Of a stretch of 64,000 nt of DNA, positions 42,770-54,800 are shown piece after piece. Both the position numbers and the translations under genes were made by a program. Within the stretch, counting starts at the first letter, position 1; each line of letters starts with the position of its first letter. Source of the DNA: Escherichia phage vB_EcoM_G2285; sequence record MK327933.1; one strand, given 5' to 3'. Under the pieces are notes generated by a model. The model was not told the DNA's origin. It made no database searches and saw only the letters and a list, made by a program, of their open reading frames with translations.

Positions 42770-42840
42770 TGTTGATAGGTCTATACTAACACATCTAGGG
42801 AAGAAGTAAACAACTTTTTCGGCAATTTACAGATACTCAA
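42770..42840 (-). promoter_or_regulatory. T4 early-type promoter
   Basis: Conserved gttgataggtctatactaacac block on plus. Confidence 0.45.
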
Positions 42841-42842
42841 AA

Positions 42843-42860
42843 GGGAGACCGAAGTCTCCC
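42843..42860 (-). terminator. Hairpin terminator downstream of gene 32
   Basis: gggagac-cgaa-gtctccc with adjacent A-run on plus. Confidence 0.65.
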
Positions 42861-42866
42861 AATTTA

Positions 42867-43766
42867 TTATAGACCAGCTAACAGGTCATCGAGGTCGCCA
42901 TCGTCAGAAGACGAGGAACTCATGAAGTCATCTTCAGTTTTTGCAGAACCAAAGGCTTCCATGTCTTTATCAAAATCGTCAAGGTCAGAAGCAACTTTAT
43001 CTGCAACAGAAGCTGCGGCAGCTGCTGCACCACCAAGAGCGGCAGTACCAAGAACTTGATTAAATTTAGTATTCAATTCTTCAAACGATTTGAACTTATC
43101 TTTAGAAGTCATTTCAGAAAGGTCAACCATTTGTTCGAACAATTCTTTCTGGAAAGATTCATCATCAATGTTTGGAATTGCAGATTGATTCAGGAATTTA
43201 GATTCGTCGTAGTTACTGAAACCAGAAACCTGTTTAACTTTCAGCACGAAGTTAGCACCTTCCCATGGGCAAGTTACATCAACAGGAGTTTCACCCATTT
43301 CAGTATCGACTGCAATCATTGCATTGATTTTGTCCCAAATCTTTTTACCGAAACGATATTTAAATACTTTACCTTCATTATCTGGAGCTTGTGGGTCTTT
43401 AACAACCAGGATATTAGCCCAATAAGAAGTTTTACGTTTCAGTTGAGAATATTCAGTTTTGTTGGTATTGTACAGGTCATTTTTACTAATGTACTGACAT
43501 ACAGGACAAGAGTCATAATCACCGTGTGTAGATGAACAGGTTTCAATATACCATTTACCATTTTTCTTGAACCCGTGGTTAACAAGAATTGTAAACGGAA
43601 GTGCGTCATCTGTTTTCGCCGGCAGGAAACGAATTACCGCTTGACCATTACCGGATGCATCGAGTTTCAGCTTCCATTCACCTTTATCTTCTGAAGAGAA
43701 ACCTTTGTTACCATTCAGTTTAGCCATCTGAGCTGCGAGGTCTGCGGTACTTTTACGTTTAAACAT
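42867..43766 (-). CDS. 32: Single-stranded DNA-binding protein gp32
   Basis: 299 aa; reads as T4 gp32 including Zn site [14 protein letters not shown] and acidic C-terminus. Confidence 0.95.
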   Translation of the reverse strand: MFKRKSTADLAAQMAKLNGNKGFSSEDKGEWKLKLDASGNGQAVIRFLPAKTDDALPFTILVNHGFKKNGKWYIETCSSTHGDYDSCPVCQYISKNDLYNTNKTEYSQLKRKTSYWANILVVKDPQAPDNEGKVFKYRFGKKIWDKINAMIAVDTEMGETPVDVTCPWEGANFVLKVKQVSGFSNYDESKFLNQSAIPNIDDESFQKELFEQMVDLSEMTSKDKFKSFEELNTKFNQVLGTAALGGAAAAAASVADKVASDLDDFDKDMEAFGSAKTEDDFMSSSSSDDGDLDDLLAGL

Positions 43767-43860
43767 TTTATTTGCCTTTATTTAGATTATTAATTAAATT
43801 TTACAGTTGGTTGCTACGACACTTATACCTCGTAGCTGGTATGTTTTATTTATACGGTAA
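43767..43860 (-). promoter_or_regulatory. Gene 32 leader: autoregulatory translational operator (hairpin plus A/U-rich tract) and late promoter (TATTTATA on plus at 43847-43854)
   Basis: Hairpin gctacga...tcgtagc and A/U-rich run upstream of the ATG; operator role from T4 knowledge. Confidence 0.55.
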
Positions 43861-43883
43861 TTCTAACACAGATAAAATAAAGC

Positions 43884-44537
43884 TTAATACTTACATGATT
43901 TTATTGTTTCTATGAACAATTTCTTAGCAGCATTTCTATCGATTTGAAGTATTTTTCGATATGCCTTTAATTTGGTAGAATAATTTTGCCAGACTAAGTT
44001 ATCGGTGAGTTCGTCGTGCTTATCTATAATATTCAAAAATGAGTCCAACAATAAGAAAGTCTCAAATGAAATTATATTGCTTTGTAGCAATTTGAATATG
44101 TAGCTCGACTGAACGTTGTTATTATAATCAAATATCTCTTGAAGCGCACTAACTTCAACTTTCTTACTAAAATAGTAGATGTTACGTACGTCTTCAGCAA
44201 ACGTCTCCTTGGCTTGTTTGAGACGTCCAATATATTCCCTATAGAAAACTAATGCATCAGCGTCTGATATCTCACCAATCCATGCGTCTTGGTTAGCAAC
44301 TAAGTTGCTTATGAATATCAAGGTGAGTTCCTTCAATTTATATTTCTCTGCTAGTTTTTCAAAGAAATATTTATCTCGGCGTTTTTGATACGCGTTATCC
44401 GAAACACGCATGCACCAGTTATATTTGATTACGTCATACCGACCACCAAAATGGTTTTTGCACATCAAGTATAGTTTATATACCGATTTTCCATTAATAT
44501 AACGTTCTCCATCAGGAGGCATGCGTATTTTAATCAT
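43884..44537 (-). CDS. 59: Helicase loader gp59
   Basis: 217 aa (T4 gp59 217); sequence matches. Confidence 0.9.
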   Translation of the reverse strand: MIKIRMPPDGERYINGKSVYKLYLMCKNHFGGRYDVIKYNWCMRVSDNAYQKRRDKYFFEKLAEKYKLKELTLIFISNLVANQDAWIGEISDADALVFYREYIGRLKQAKETFAEDVRNIYYFSKKVEVSALQEIFDYNNNVQSSYIFKLLQSNIISFETFLLLDSFLNIIDKHDELTDNLVWQNYSTKLKAYRKILQIDRNAAKKLFIETIKSCKY

Positions 44538-44872
44538 AATAAGAAATCTAACGTATTAGTTTTTTCGCCACGAGCAACTGATGGGCGAAGCATGTTTTCG
44601 TCAATTGCTTCGCTTGTAATTTTTTCAACAATTCCTGTAGGAATAAATTTAGCAAATTGTGTTTCTGGAATAGAATTTTCTTCCAAGAAAGCAGTTGTTG
44701 CTTCTAAATAAGACATACCAAATTGTTCAACCATGGATTCGATAATGAATCCGTTTTCTTGCCGGTCAAGCAATTTAGCGATATCATCTTTATCGTGTTT
44801 TACTGCTAATTCTTGTTCAGATAAACCGGCCTCATCAACCGGTTTAATATCACTTAGTGAAAACTGTGTCAT
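44534..44872 (-). CDS. 33: Late transcription co-activator gp33
   Basis: 112 aa (T4 gp33 112); synteny. Confidence 0.8.
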   Translation of the reverse strand: MTQFSLSDIKPVDEAGLSEQELAVKHDKDDIAKLLDRQENGFIIESMVEQFGMSYLEATTAFLEENSIPETQFAKFIPTGIVEKITSEAIDENMLRPSVARGEKTNTLDFLL

Positions 44873-45137
44873 AAAGCTCGACTACCTCTTCGTTTTCAGC
44901 TTCAAATTGATCACGAGCGTCTTTATGATAAAGAGCTAACAAACGATTAAACATTTTTCCATCGACACCAAGCTCTTCTTTAGCACGAGTACGAATGTCT
45001 TTAATCAGTTCATTATAACCAGAAATTTTAAGTTTGTTATCGGAAGCTTCCTTGACTAGTTTAGCCAGTTCTTCACCATGCACATCTTGATTAAATTCAA
45101 CTGCTTCTTTCTTAGCCATGTTTACCTCAGAATTCAT
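44850..45137 (-). CDS. dsbA: Double-stranded DNA-binding protein DsbA
   Basis: 95-aa ORF between rnh and 33. Confidence 0.65.
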   Translation of the reverse strand: MNSEVNMAKKEAVEFNQDVHGEELAKLVKEASDNKLKISGYNELIKDIRTRAKEELGVDGKMFNRLLALYHKDARDQFEAENEEVVELYDTVFTK

Positions 45138-46044
45138 TAATTACACTTGTTAATTTAGAAAGACCAGATTTTACAAAGTATGAATAAATCTTGCCTTTAG
45201 GTTGTTGTTTATATGAGTTATAATACTCTATAATGGTTGAAGCAATATTATCAGGGATATAATCAAAATCAATGAGAACCAAATTTTCTTGATACCGTTT
45301 ATATTCTTCTGCACTTAATAATACTTCAGCTTGAGAACGGTCATTGGCAATTGCTTCAATAATCGATGTTTTCATACTCGGGGTTCGTTCACCATCAACT
45401 CTGGTAAACCAGAAGTCTCCACGAACTCGAACAGATGCAACACCATCCTTACGGTCACCTTTAAGAATTTTAGTCATGCAATCAATTTCAGCAGAACCAT
45501 TCTTAATTTTAACCCATTTTTTCTGTGGTGGCGACCACTGTTTAACGTTAGGATATTTGTGTAATTGCGTAAAGTCACCATCTGATGCAACAATACATAC
45601 CTTATGACCAGCTAATGACAAATATTTAGTTAATACACCGATATGGTCGTCCGCTTCATACTTGTCAATATCCATTACAACGTATGGCATGTATTTCTTA
45701 ATCTCATCAACAACTTGATGGAGTGCAGTAAAATATCCTTCCCAATCCCACTTTGAAGCTTCACGATCGGTTTTACGATTTTTCTTGTAATAGTAAGCAA
45801 AGTCACGACGCCAATAACCTGAAGTAGCATTATCCATACACAATACAAATTTTGTATAGCCTTGCTTACGGAACATCACTACGTTTTTACGAATTGAATT
45901 CAAGATTACATGTCGAACCATTGGAACAGTAATTTTATCGCCGTCTTCAAAGTTGTTTAATGCGGCCGCCAATGCAATGTTACTAAAGTCGGCAAGTGCA
46001 ATACCTTCTTTGTAATCTTCATCCAACATCATTTCTAAATCCAT
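45127..46044 (-). CDS. rnh: RNase H (5'-3' exonuclease, FEN family)
   Basis: 305 aa (T4 RNase H 305). Confidence 0.85.
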   Translation of the reverse strand: MDLEMMLDEDYKEGIALADFSNIALAAALNNFEDGDKITVPMVRHVILNSIRKNVVMFRKQGYTKFVLCMDNATSGYWRRDFAYYYKKNRKTDREASKWDWEGYFTALHQVVDEIKKYMPYVVMDIDKYEADDHIGVLTKYLSLAGHKVCIVASDGDFTQLHKYPNVKQWSPPQKKWVKIKNGSAEIDCMTKILKGDRKDGVASVRVRGDFWFTRVDGERTPSMKTSIIEAIANDRSQAEVLLSAEEYKRYQENLVLIDFDYIPDNIASTIIEYYNSYKQQPKGKIYSYFVKSGLSKLTSVINEF

Positions 46045-46049
46045 ATGAA

Positions 46050-46105
46050 CCTCTTGTTCAGTTAGTCAACTTGTCTATAGTAACACACTCATTTGAAAGC
46101 GTAAA
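46050..46105 (-). promoter_or_regulatory. T4 early-type promoter upstream of rnh
   Basis: Conserved block cttgtctatagtaacacac on plus. Confidence 0.45.
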
Positions 46106-46109
46106 CTGG

Positions 46110-46117
46110 TATAAATA
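46110..46117 (+). promoter_or_regulatory. Late promoter TATAAATA for gene 34
   Basis: Exact motif 30 nt upstream of the gene 34 ATG. Confidence 0.6.
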
Positions 46118-46147
46118 AGTATTATTGAAACAATAAAGGAAAAACGA

Positions 46148-49100
46148 ATGGCCGACATCAAACGTAAGTTCAGAGCCGAAGACGGTCTGGACGCCGGTGG
46201 CGACAAGATTGTTAACGTAGCATTAGCCGACCGTACAGTAGGTACTGATGGCGTAAACGTTGACTTCCTGGTACAAGAAAACACCGTTCAAGTATATGAT
46301 TCTACGCGTGGATATAACAAAGGATTTGTTGTTCTTTATGACAACCGATTATATCAAGCAATAAATGATATCGTGTCTCCTTCCGGGGCATTTAACCTTT
46401 TACAATGGCGTGCAGTTCGTACCGATGCACAATGGATAACTGTCGCTTCTGGGACTTATCAACTTTCTTCAGGTGAATCGATTTCGGTTAACACTGGTGC
46501 CGGTAATGATATGGTTTTCACATTACCAAATGCGCCGGTTGATGGTGATACTGTTGTTTTGGCTGATATTGGTGGAAGAACCGGGACAGTTAAAGTACAG
46601 ATTAACGCGTCTGTGCAGAGTATTTTAAACTTTAGAGGTGAACAAGTTCGTACAGTTTTAATGACGCGCCCACGTTCACAACTATTGTTTGTGTTTAGTA
46701 ATCGTTTGTGGCAGATGTATATTACCGATTATGGTAAAGAATCAATCACTGTTACACCTGCTGCACCATATCAAGCACAAGCAAATGATTTTATCGTTCG
46801 TCGTTTTACTAGTGCAGCACCAATCAACATTACACTTCCACGTAATGCTAACAATGGTGATATAATCAGCCTAGTCGATTTAGATAAATTAAACCCACTG
46901 TATCATACAATTGTTAAAACATTTGACGATACAACGTCTATTGGTGAAGTCGGGACTCATACTGCCGAAGGCAGAAATGACTCCGACGCGTTTTTTGTTT
47001 TTGATGCTGCAAATAGTTTATGGCGTATATGGGAAGGCGACCAGAAATCGCGTCTTCGTATTATCCGTGCGGATTCAAATATTCGTCCAAATGAAGAAGT
47101 TCTTATTTTTGGCACAAATAACGCTACAGCCGGAACTATTAATCTTACGCTGCCTTCCGGAATTTTGAGTGGTGACACTGTTAAAATTTCAATGAACTAC
47201 ATGCGTAAAGGCCAAACAGTAAAAATTAAAGCTGCCGAAGGTGATACAATTGCTTCTTCTGTTGCATTGCTTCAGTTCCCTAAACGTTCTGAATATCCAC
47301 CTGATGCTCAATGGGTCTCTGTTACTGAACTAGAATTCAATGGCACTACTTCATATGTTCCTGTATTAGAATTATCGTATATCGAAGACACCGTTGCTGG
47401 TACACGTTATTGGGTTGTTCAACAAAACGTCCCTACGGTAGAACGTGTTGATGCTGGAACTGATACAACTAGAGCTCGTGTAGGTGTTATTGCTCTTGCT
47501 ACTCAAGCGCAAGCAAATGTTGATTTAGAGAATACTCCAGCTAAAGAAGTGGCTATTACTCCTGAAACGTTGGCAAATCGTACAGCAACTGAAGCTCGAC
47601 GTGGTATCGCTAAAATTGCTACAACAGCACAAGTTAATCAGAATTCCACAGCATCATTTGTGGACGATACTATTGTTACGCCTAAAAAACTAAATGAGCG
47701 TACAGCAACTGAAACTCGTCGCGGTCTTGCTGAAATTGCTACTCAGGCTGAAACCGATGCTGGTCTTGATGACACAACGATTATTACACCTAAGAAACTG
47801 CAGGCACGTCAGGGTTCAGAAACACTATCTGGTATAGTTAAATATGTATCAACTACTTCTGCTACTCCTGCTGAAACTCGTGGGGCCGCAGGCACTAACG
47901 TTTATAATAAAACCGTAAATAATTTAACTATTTCTCCTAAAGCCCTTGACCAATATAAAGCAACTTATGCTCAACAAGGTGCAGTAATTTTAGCTGTTGA
48001 TAGTGAAGTAATTGCTGGTCAATCCCAAGCAGGTTATTCTCACGCTGTAGTAACTCCTGAAACACTACATAAGAAAACTTCTACTGATGGACGTATTGGT
48101 TTAATTGAAATTGCTACGCAAGCAGAAACTAATGCTGGGACTGATTATACACGTGCAGTAACGCCTAAGACGTTAAATGATAGGAAAGCTACGGAAGGAT
48201 TATCCGGCATAGCCGAACTTGCTACGCAAGTTGAATTTGATACTGGAACTGACGATACTCGTATCTCAACTCCACTGAAAATTAAAACTCATTTTGATTC
48301 TTCTGACCGTACCAGTGTTAATTCTGATTCCGGACTTATTGAAGAAGGAACCTTGTGGAACCATTATACTCTTGATATTTCTAAAGCAAATGAAACACAA
48401 CGTGGTACACTTCGCGTAGCGACCCAGGCAGAATCTAATGCAGGAACTTTAGATGATGTTCTTATTACTCCTAAAAAGCTTTTAGGGACTAAGTCCACTG
48501 AAACGTCTGAAGGCGTAATTAAGGTTGCTACTCAGGCTGAAACTATAACAGGAACTTCTGCTAATACTGCTGTATCTCCTAAGAATTTAAAATGGATTGT
48601 CCAGAATGAACCAACATGGGCTGCTACTACAGCAATTCGTGGATTTGTTAAAACTTCATCTGGTTCAATTACATTCGTTGGTAATGATACAGTTGGTTCA
48701 ACACAACCTTTAGAATCATATGAAAAAAATAGCTATGCTATATCTCCATATGAATTAAACCGTGTACTTGCTAACTACTTGCCATTAAAAGCAAAAGCTG
48801 CTGACGCAAATTTATTAGATGGTCTAGATTCATCTCAGTTCATTCGTAGGGACATTGCACAGACGGTTAATGGTTCACTAACCTTAACCCGACAAACGAA
48901 TCTGAGTGCCCCTCTTGTATCATCTAGTACGGCTACGTTTGGTGGTTCGGTATCTGCTAATAGTACATTAACTATTTCTAATACAGGTGCTTCAACTCGC
49001 TTAATATTTGAAAAAGGTCCACAAACTGGAAACAACCCTGCTCAGGCGATGAATATCCGTGTATGGGGTAACCAATTCGCCGGCGGTTCTGATACATCTC

Positions 49101-50023
49101 GTGCTACGATATTTGAAGTTGGTGATGAAACATCTAACCACTTTTATTCACAACGGGATAACCTTGGTAATATTACTTTCAGCATCAACGGTACAGTTCG
49201 GCCGATTAATGTTAATGCATCCGGAACATTGAATGCTAATGGTGCGGCAACATTTGGACGTTCGGTGACAGCACAGGGTGAATTTATAACCTATAGCGCA
49301 AACGCATTCAGAGCAATTAGTGGTAATTACGGATTCTTTATTCGTAATGATGGCGGCAGCACATATTTTATGCTTACTGCATCTGGTGATCAGACTGGCG
49401 GATTTAATGGATTACGTCCTTTAGCTATTAATAATGCATCCGGCCAAGTAACGATTGGTGAAAGCTTAATCATTGCCAAAGGTGCTACTATAAATTCAGG
49501 TGGTTTAACTGTTAACTCGAGAATTCGTTCTCATGGCACTAAAACCGCTGATTTATACACCCGTGCACCGACATCTGATACTGTAGGATTCTGGTCAATT
49601 GACATTAATGATTCAGCTACTTATAACCAATTCCCGGGTTATTTTAAAATGGTTGAAAAAACTAATGAAGTGACTGGGCTTCCATACTTAGAACGTGGCG
49701 AAGAAGTTAAATCTCCTGGTACATTGACTCAGTTTGGTAATACACTTGATTCACTTTACCAAGATTGGATTACTTATCCAACAACTCCAGACGCACGTAC
49801 CACTCGCTGGACACGTACATGGCAGAAAACTAAAAATTCTTGGTCAAGTTTTGTTCAGGTATTTGATGGTGGAAACCCTCCTCAACCTTCTGATATTGGA
49901 GCTTTACCTTCTGATAATGCAACAATCGGAAACTTGACAATAAGGGATTTCTTAAGGATTGGTAATGTCCGCATTATTCCAGACCCTGTGAATAAATCTG
50001 TTAAATTCGAGTGGATTGAATAA
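46148..50023 (+). CDS. 34: Long tail fibre proximal subunit gp34
   Basis: 1291 aa (T4 gp34 1289); internal fibre repeats. Confidence 0.9.
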   Translation: MADIKRKFRAEDGLDAGGDKIVNVALADRTVGTDGVNVDFLVQENTVQVYDSTRGYNKGFVVLYDNRLYQAINDIVSPSGAFNLLQWRAVRTDAQWITVASGTYQLSSGESISVNTGAGNDMVFTLPNAPVDGDTVVLADIGGRTGTVKVQINASVQSILNFRGEQVRTVLMTRPRSQLLFVFSNRLWQMYITDYGKESITVTPAAPYQAQANDFIVRRFTSAAPINITLPRNANNGDIISLVDLDKLNPLYHTIVKTFDDTTSIGEVGTHTAEGRNDSDAFFVFDAANSLWRIWEGDQKSRLRIIRADSNIRPNEEVLIFGTNNATAGTINLTLPSGILSGDTVKISMNYMRKGQTVKIKAAEGDTIASSVALLQFPKRSEYPPDAQWVSVTELEFNGTTSYVPVLELSYIEDTVAGTRYWVVQQNVPTVERVDAGTDTTRARVGVIALATQAQANVDLENTPAKEVAITPETLANRTATEARRGIAKIATTAQVNQNSTASFVDDTIVTPKKLNERTATETRRGLAEIATQAETDAGLDDTTIITPKKLQARQGSETLSGIVKYVSTTSATPAETRGAAGTNVYNKTVNNLTISPKALDQYKATYAQQGAVILAVDSEVIAGQSQAGYSHAVVTPETLHKKTSTDGRIGLIEIATQAETNAGTDYTRAVTPKTLNDRKATEGLSGIAELATQVEFDTGTDDTRISTPLKIKTHFDSSDRTSVNSDSGLIEEGTLWNHYTLDISKANETQRGTLRVATQAESNAGTLDDVLITPKKLLGTKSTETSEGVIKVATQAETITGTSANTAVSPKNLKWIVQNEPTWAATTAIRGFVKTSSGSITFVGNDTVGSTQPLESYEKNSYAISPYELNRVLANYLPLKAKAADANLLDGLDSSQFIRRDIAQTVNGSLTLTRQTNLSAPLVSSSTATFGGSVSANSTLTISNTGASTRLIFEKGPQTGNNPAQAMNIRVWGNQFAGGSDTSRATIFEVGDETSNHFYSQRDNLGNITFSINGTVRPINVNASGTLNANGAATFGRSVTAQGEFITYSANAFRAISGNYGFFIRNDGGSTYFMLTASGDQTGGFNGLRPLAINNASGQVTIGESLIIAKGATINSGGLTVNSRIRSHGTKTADLYTRAPTSDTVGFWSIDINDSATYNQFPGYFKMVEKTNEVTGLPYLERGEEVKSPGTLTQFGNTLDSLYQDWITYPTTPDARTTRWTRTWQKTKNSWSSFVQVFDGGNPPQPSDIGALPSDNATIGNLTIRDFLRIGNVRIIPDPVNKSVKFEWIE
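47500..48620 (+). repeat. Degenerate tandem protein repeats inside gp34
   Basis: Seven or eight roughly 35-40-aa units of the form (I/V)TPK.L..R.ATE..RG.A.IATQAE. Confidence 0.5.
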
Positions 50024-50031
50024 GAGGTATT

Positions 50032-51159
50032 ATGGAAAAATTTATGGCTAAGTTTGGACAAGGATACGTCCAAACGCCATTTTTATCGGAAAGCAATTCA
50101 GTACGATTTAAATTAAGCATAGCGGGATCTTGCCCGCTATCAACATCTCCTGCTTATATTAAGTTTCAAGATAATCCACTTGGGTCCCAGGTTTTTTCCG
50201 TTGGATTAAACGTTCGTGTAATAAATCCTACAACAGGTGCAGTAGTTGAATCTAAGTCATATAATTTCTCTACTGAAAACGACGCAACGTCAAGTGCATT
50301 TGTTACTTTCATGGACACATATGCTTCAAATTTTATATTTGCTCTTGTTACTAACGCTAAAACAAACTTTCCACCCGAAGTTCTTGCATGGTTTACTAAA
50401 GCTGGGAGTTCTGTTATTCCATTAGCTCAACAAGTTTTAAATATAGTGGACATTTCTTATTCGGCATTTTATATTTCTGGTAAGAATGCTATAGCACTAG
50501 AACATATTAAGTATAGTAATAAGAAAACTTCAACCGACTATAGTACACCACTTGATGTTGTGTACGACATGATCGATGATATTGGTGCTACCGGCTTCCC
50601 TAGACGTACGTATGAATCGTCAGACACATTTTTATCTGCTGTTGGAGGTACTAATAATGAAATTAAAAGGATGCCTACAACGTCCCTTATTACACCTCTC
50701 GCTGGGTATAAATTGAAGCCTGGAGATTTCCTTTATATGAAATTCCAACTAATGGCCGATGCTGATTTGTTAGCACAAGGGACGACACGACTTTCTATTC
50801 GTTTCTTTAAATCTCCTTCTACTTCACCTATTTCATTTAAGGATACAAACTTTGATGGGGTTGCAGGTGAATGGAAGATATATGAAGACTACATAGAAAT
50901 TCCTGCTGGTGCTGACGGGTTCACGATTTATTGTTATCGTACAGCTCCAGTTGGGCAAGGTGGATTAAGAAACGTTATATTCACCGAAGTATCATGTAAT
51001 GGAAGCGTTTCAAAACCTGCTGAGTTTGGTATAAATGGTATTCGTGTAAATTATGTTTCAGAATCTTTAAGTGCTCCAGACATAATGACATTACCTACTC
51101 AATCTTCAACTGATACTGGTAAGGTATTTGGACAAGAATTTAAAGAAGCATCAGAATAA
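50032..51159 (+). CDS. 35: Long tail fibre hinge protein gp35
   Basis: 375 aa; synteny. Confidence 0.8.
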   Translation: MEKFMAKFGQGYVQTPFLSESNSVRFKLSIAGSCPLSTSPAYIKFQDNPLGSQVFSVGLNVRVINPTTGAVVESKSYNFSTENDATSSAFVTFMDTYASNFIFALVTNAKTNFPPEVLAWFTKAGSSVIPLAQQVLNIVDISYSAFYISGKNAIALEHIKYSNKKTSTDYSTPLDVVYDMIDDIGATGFPRRTYESSDTFLSAVGGTNNEIKRMPTTSLITPLAGYKLKPGDFLYMKFQLMADADLLAQGTTRLSIRFFKSPSTSPISFKDTNFDGVAGEWKIYEDYIEIPAGADGFTIYCYRTAPVGQGGLRNVIFTEVSCNGSVSKPAEFGINGIRVNYVSESLSAPDIMTLPTQSSTDTGKVFGQEFKEASE

Positions 51160-51165
51160 ATTTAG

Positions 51166-51183
51166 GGAGACCGAAGTCTCCCA
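51166..51183 (+). terminator. Intrinsic terminator after gene 35
   Basis: gggagac-cgaa-gtctccc followed by atttttg. Confidence 0.7.
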
Positions 51184-51189
51184 TTTTTG

Positions 51190-51197
51190 TATAAATA
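51190..51197 (+). promoter_or_regulatory. Late promoter TATAAATA for gene 36
   Basis: Exact motif 25 nt upstream of the ATG. Confidence 0.6.
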
Positions 51198-51221
51198 TGG
51201 TATACATATAAGGAGACAACT

Positions 51222-51884
51222 ATGGCCGATTTAAAAGCTGGTAGTACAACTGGCGGTGCCGTTATATGGCATCAAGGTAATTTCCCTTTAATGCCAGCAG
51301 GTGATGACGTCCTGTATAAAACGTTTAAACTCTATTCAGAATATAATAAACCACAAGCTGCTGATAACGATTTCGTTTCTAAAGCTAATGGTGGTACTTA
51401 CGCCGTGACCGTTCGATTTAATGGAGGCGTACATGTTCCTACTGTAGGTAGTAGTCAACAGTGTGGTGTTTATCCAGGTAACGGTGATGCAGCTACTTTT
51501 GCTATGGCAAATATAGATATTGTTTCGTGGAATGGTATTGGTTTTAAATCATCGCAAGGTTCAGCAGCTCGAACTGTTGTAATTAATGCACGTAATGGTG
51601 ATATTAATACAAAAGGCGTTGTGTCGGCAGCTGGTCAAGTAAGAAGCGATATGACTGCTCCGGTTGCAGCAAATGATCTCACAAGAAAAGATTATGTTGA
51701 TGGACGAATAAATATTGTTACGGATAACGCAAATTCCCGTGTATTGCGTAAAGGCGATACCATGACTGGTACTTTAACAGCACCAAACTTTTTCTCACAG
51801 AATCCGGCGTCTGAGGCTAATCATGTTCCTCGTTTCGACCAGATTGTAATTAAAGATTCTGTTCAAGATTTCGGCTATTATTAA
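51222..51884 (+). CDS. 36: Long tail fibre distal connector gp36
   Basis: 220 aa (T4 gp36 221). Confidence 0.85.
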   Translation: MADLKAGSTTGGAVIWHQGNFPLMPAGDDVLYKTFKLYSEYNKPQAADNDFVSKANGGTYAVTVRFNGGVHVPTVGSSQQCGVYPGNGDAATFAMANIDIVSWNGIGFKSSQGSAARTVVINARNGDINTKGVVSAAGQVRSDMTAPVAANDLTRKDYVDGRINIVTDNANSRVLRKGDTMTGTLTAPNFFSQNPASEANHVPRFDQIVIKDSVQDFGYY

Positions 51885-51892
51885 GAGGACTT

Positions 51893-54800
51893 ATGGCTAC
51901 ATTAAAACAGATACAATTTAAAAGAAGCAAAGTGGCAGGTGCACGTCCTGCTGCTTCAGTATTAGCCGAAGGTGAATTGGCTATAAACTTAAAAGATAGA
52001 ACACTTTTTACTAAAGATGACCTCGGTAATATTATTAGCCTAGGCTTTGCTAAGGGCGGGGATATTAACGGTAATGTAACCCAAAATGGTGGTTATTTAC
52101 AGAACGGTACATATAATCTCAATGGAAATCAGTTTGTTTATGCAGGAAAATATATTGAATTTTTACCTAAAATAGCTGGTAATGGCGCTTGGGTAAATCA
52201 ACACCTAAATAAAGCTCCTATCTTTACAGATTTAAGTTCAACTACTGCTGTTTCAGAATACCATCCGCTGATTAAACAACGCTATAAAGATGGAACTTTT
52301 TCTGCTGGCACATTAGTAAACGAAGGTAGTTTTAAATTCCATTATATTGATGAAACCGGGACTTCAAAATACTGGACTTTTAATAGAAATGGTAATTTCA
52401 TCGTAGATTCTGGCAATATTGAAGTTCGTACCGGTAATATTTCTGCTTCAGGCAATATTAACTCCGCTAATGGTATTATCACCGGGCCTGAAATTGTTAC
52501 CAAAAATATTAATTTCAGTACAAAAACATTTGTCGCTAACGCCAACATCGGGTATGATTGGGTTTCTTTACCTACCTGGGTTTATAATCCGCCAGCTGAT
52601 GGTTCTGATAATACTACTAACGGTTTAAACTATTTGCGTAAATTGCGTGCATCAAGTGCATCAAGTATTTTCCATGAAATTGCTGATTGTCGAAAAGGCA
52701 AGCCGCAAGAAATTTCTTGGTGGACTGGTGTAGGTCCTTCGTCTTTCCAATGGGCGTTTGATACCTCTGGGCGTATTACCGCAGGTAAATCTATTTCAGT
52801 AGGTCTTCCTGATAACGGGGCAAATGGACGTTATCCTTTAGATTCTGCCATTTCTATTGGTATTGCAATTGGTGATAATGACACCGGTATTAAATGGGTC
52901 CGCGACGGTGTTATTGATTTCATGGCTAACGGTATTTCATCCGCTACCATTTTGAATAACGGTATTAACAGCACTAAGAAATTGATGGTCGGTTATAGCC
53001 GCGATTCTGGTACTACTTGGGATTTTCCTAATAATAATCAGGCAATGTTTACAGCAAGAACTGATGTTGATGGAAATAATAACGGTGATGGACAAACTCA
53101 TATCGGTTATAGCAGCAATGCCAAGATGTATCACTATTTCCGTGGTACAGGTCGTATGGCTGTTGGTATGGCAGAAGGTTTAATTGTTGAGCCAGGTATT
53201 TTAGATATTAAAACTGGTTCAAATTCATTAAATTTACGTGCTGATGGAACTATTTCTTCTATTCAAAGAATTAAATTTGATAACGGGGTACTTCTTACCG
53301 GGGCTAGAGCTGACGGTATTCAACTTGATGCGCCTACATCAGTAGATGGCACTAAAACTATACTGTGGGGTGCTGGTACTCGCGCAGGTCAGAATAAAAA
53401 CTATATATCTATTAAAGCGTGGGGTAATTCATTTAATGCCACTGGTGATAAATCTCGTGAAACCGTTTTTGAAGTATCAGATTCACAAGGTTACCATTTT
53501 TATTCTCAGCGAGTTGCTCCTGGTGCAGGTTCTACTGTCGGACCTATTCAATTCCGAGTTAATGGCGGTTTATTAACTTCAGGTAGTATTGTTGCTTCCG
53601 GTTCTATTACAACTGAATCTTCTTTGAGTGTTAATAATGGCATGTCAGTAAACGGCCAAGCTAAATTCGGCGGAACAGCAAACGCATTGAGAATTTGGAA
53701 CGCTGAATATGGCGCTATTTTCCGTCGTTCAGAAACAGCATTGCACATTATTCCTACCCTTAAAGACCAAGGAGAAAATGGTGAAATAGGTAATCTTCGT
53801 CCATTGAGCATCGCACTTCATAACGGTATGGTACAAATGCGTCATTCTGTCACGTTAGGCGATGATGGTAGAGGTGGCAATATGATTACTGTGGACAACG
53901 ATAACAAACGTGTTGTTGTTGCTAGTAATAGTCGTATTTCTCCTAATTACCGTATGCAGATAGGACATTCCGCTTATATTGATGCTGAATGTACTAATAC
54001 TGTTCGACCGGCTGGTGCAGGTTCATTTGCTTCCCAGAATAATGAAGACGTTCGTGCCCCGTTCTATATGAATATTGATAGAACAGATACAAGCGCTTAT
54101 GTTCCTATTGTGAAACAAAGATACGTTCAAAATAATAGTTGTTATTCTATTGGTACTTTAATTAATGGTGGTAACTTTAGAGTTCATTATCATGAAGGTG
54201 GAGACGGTGGTTCGACTGGTGCTGTTATAAAGGATCATGGATGGGAATTTAATAAAAACGGTGATTTTTATTCTCCTGGTAAATTAGGCGCTGGTAATGT
54301 TCGTATTGGTACTGATGGTAACATCACTGGCGGCACTGGTAATTTTGCTAACTTGAATACCACAATAAATAACCTTAAGACGGATATTGTGTCGAGTTAC
54401 CCAATTGGTGCTCCGATTCCTTGGCCTACTGATACACCTCCTGACGGTTACGCTATTATGGAAGGTCAGACCTTTGATAAGTCTGCATATCCAAAGTTAG
54501 CTGTTGCATATCCTAGCGGTGTTATTCCAGATATGCGCGGGCAAACTATCAAGGGTAAACCTAGTGGACGAGCCGTGTTAAGTGCAGAAGCTGATGGTAT
54601 TAAGTCTCATAGCCATAGTGCATCTGCTTCAAGTACTGACTTAGGCACTAAAACCACATCGTCGTTTGATTACGGCACTAAAACCACGAATAACACCGGG
54701 GCGCATACGCACAGTGTGAGCGGTACAGCCGCAAGTGCCGGAAACCATACTCATAGTGTCACAGGCGCATCAGCAGAAAGACGGTACACACCAAATGGGT

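Noticed and set aside
43056-43535. 159-aa plus-strand ORF inside gene 32
   Set aside because: It is antisense to the highly conserved gp32 gene with no expression signals; treated as spurious.
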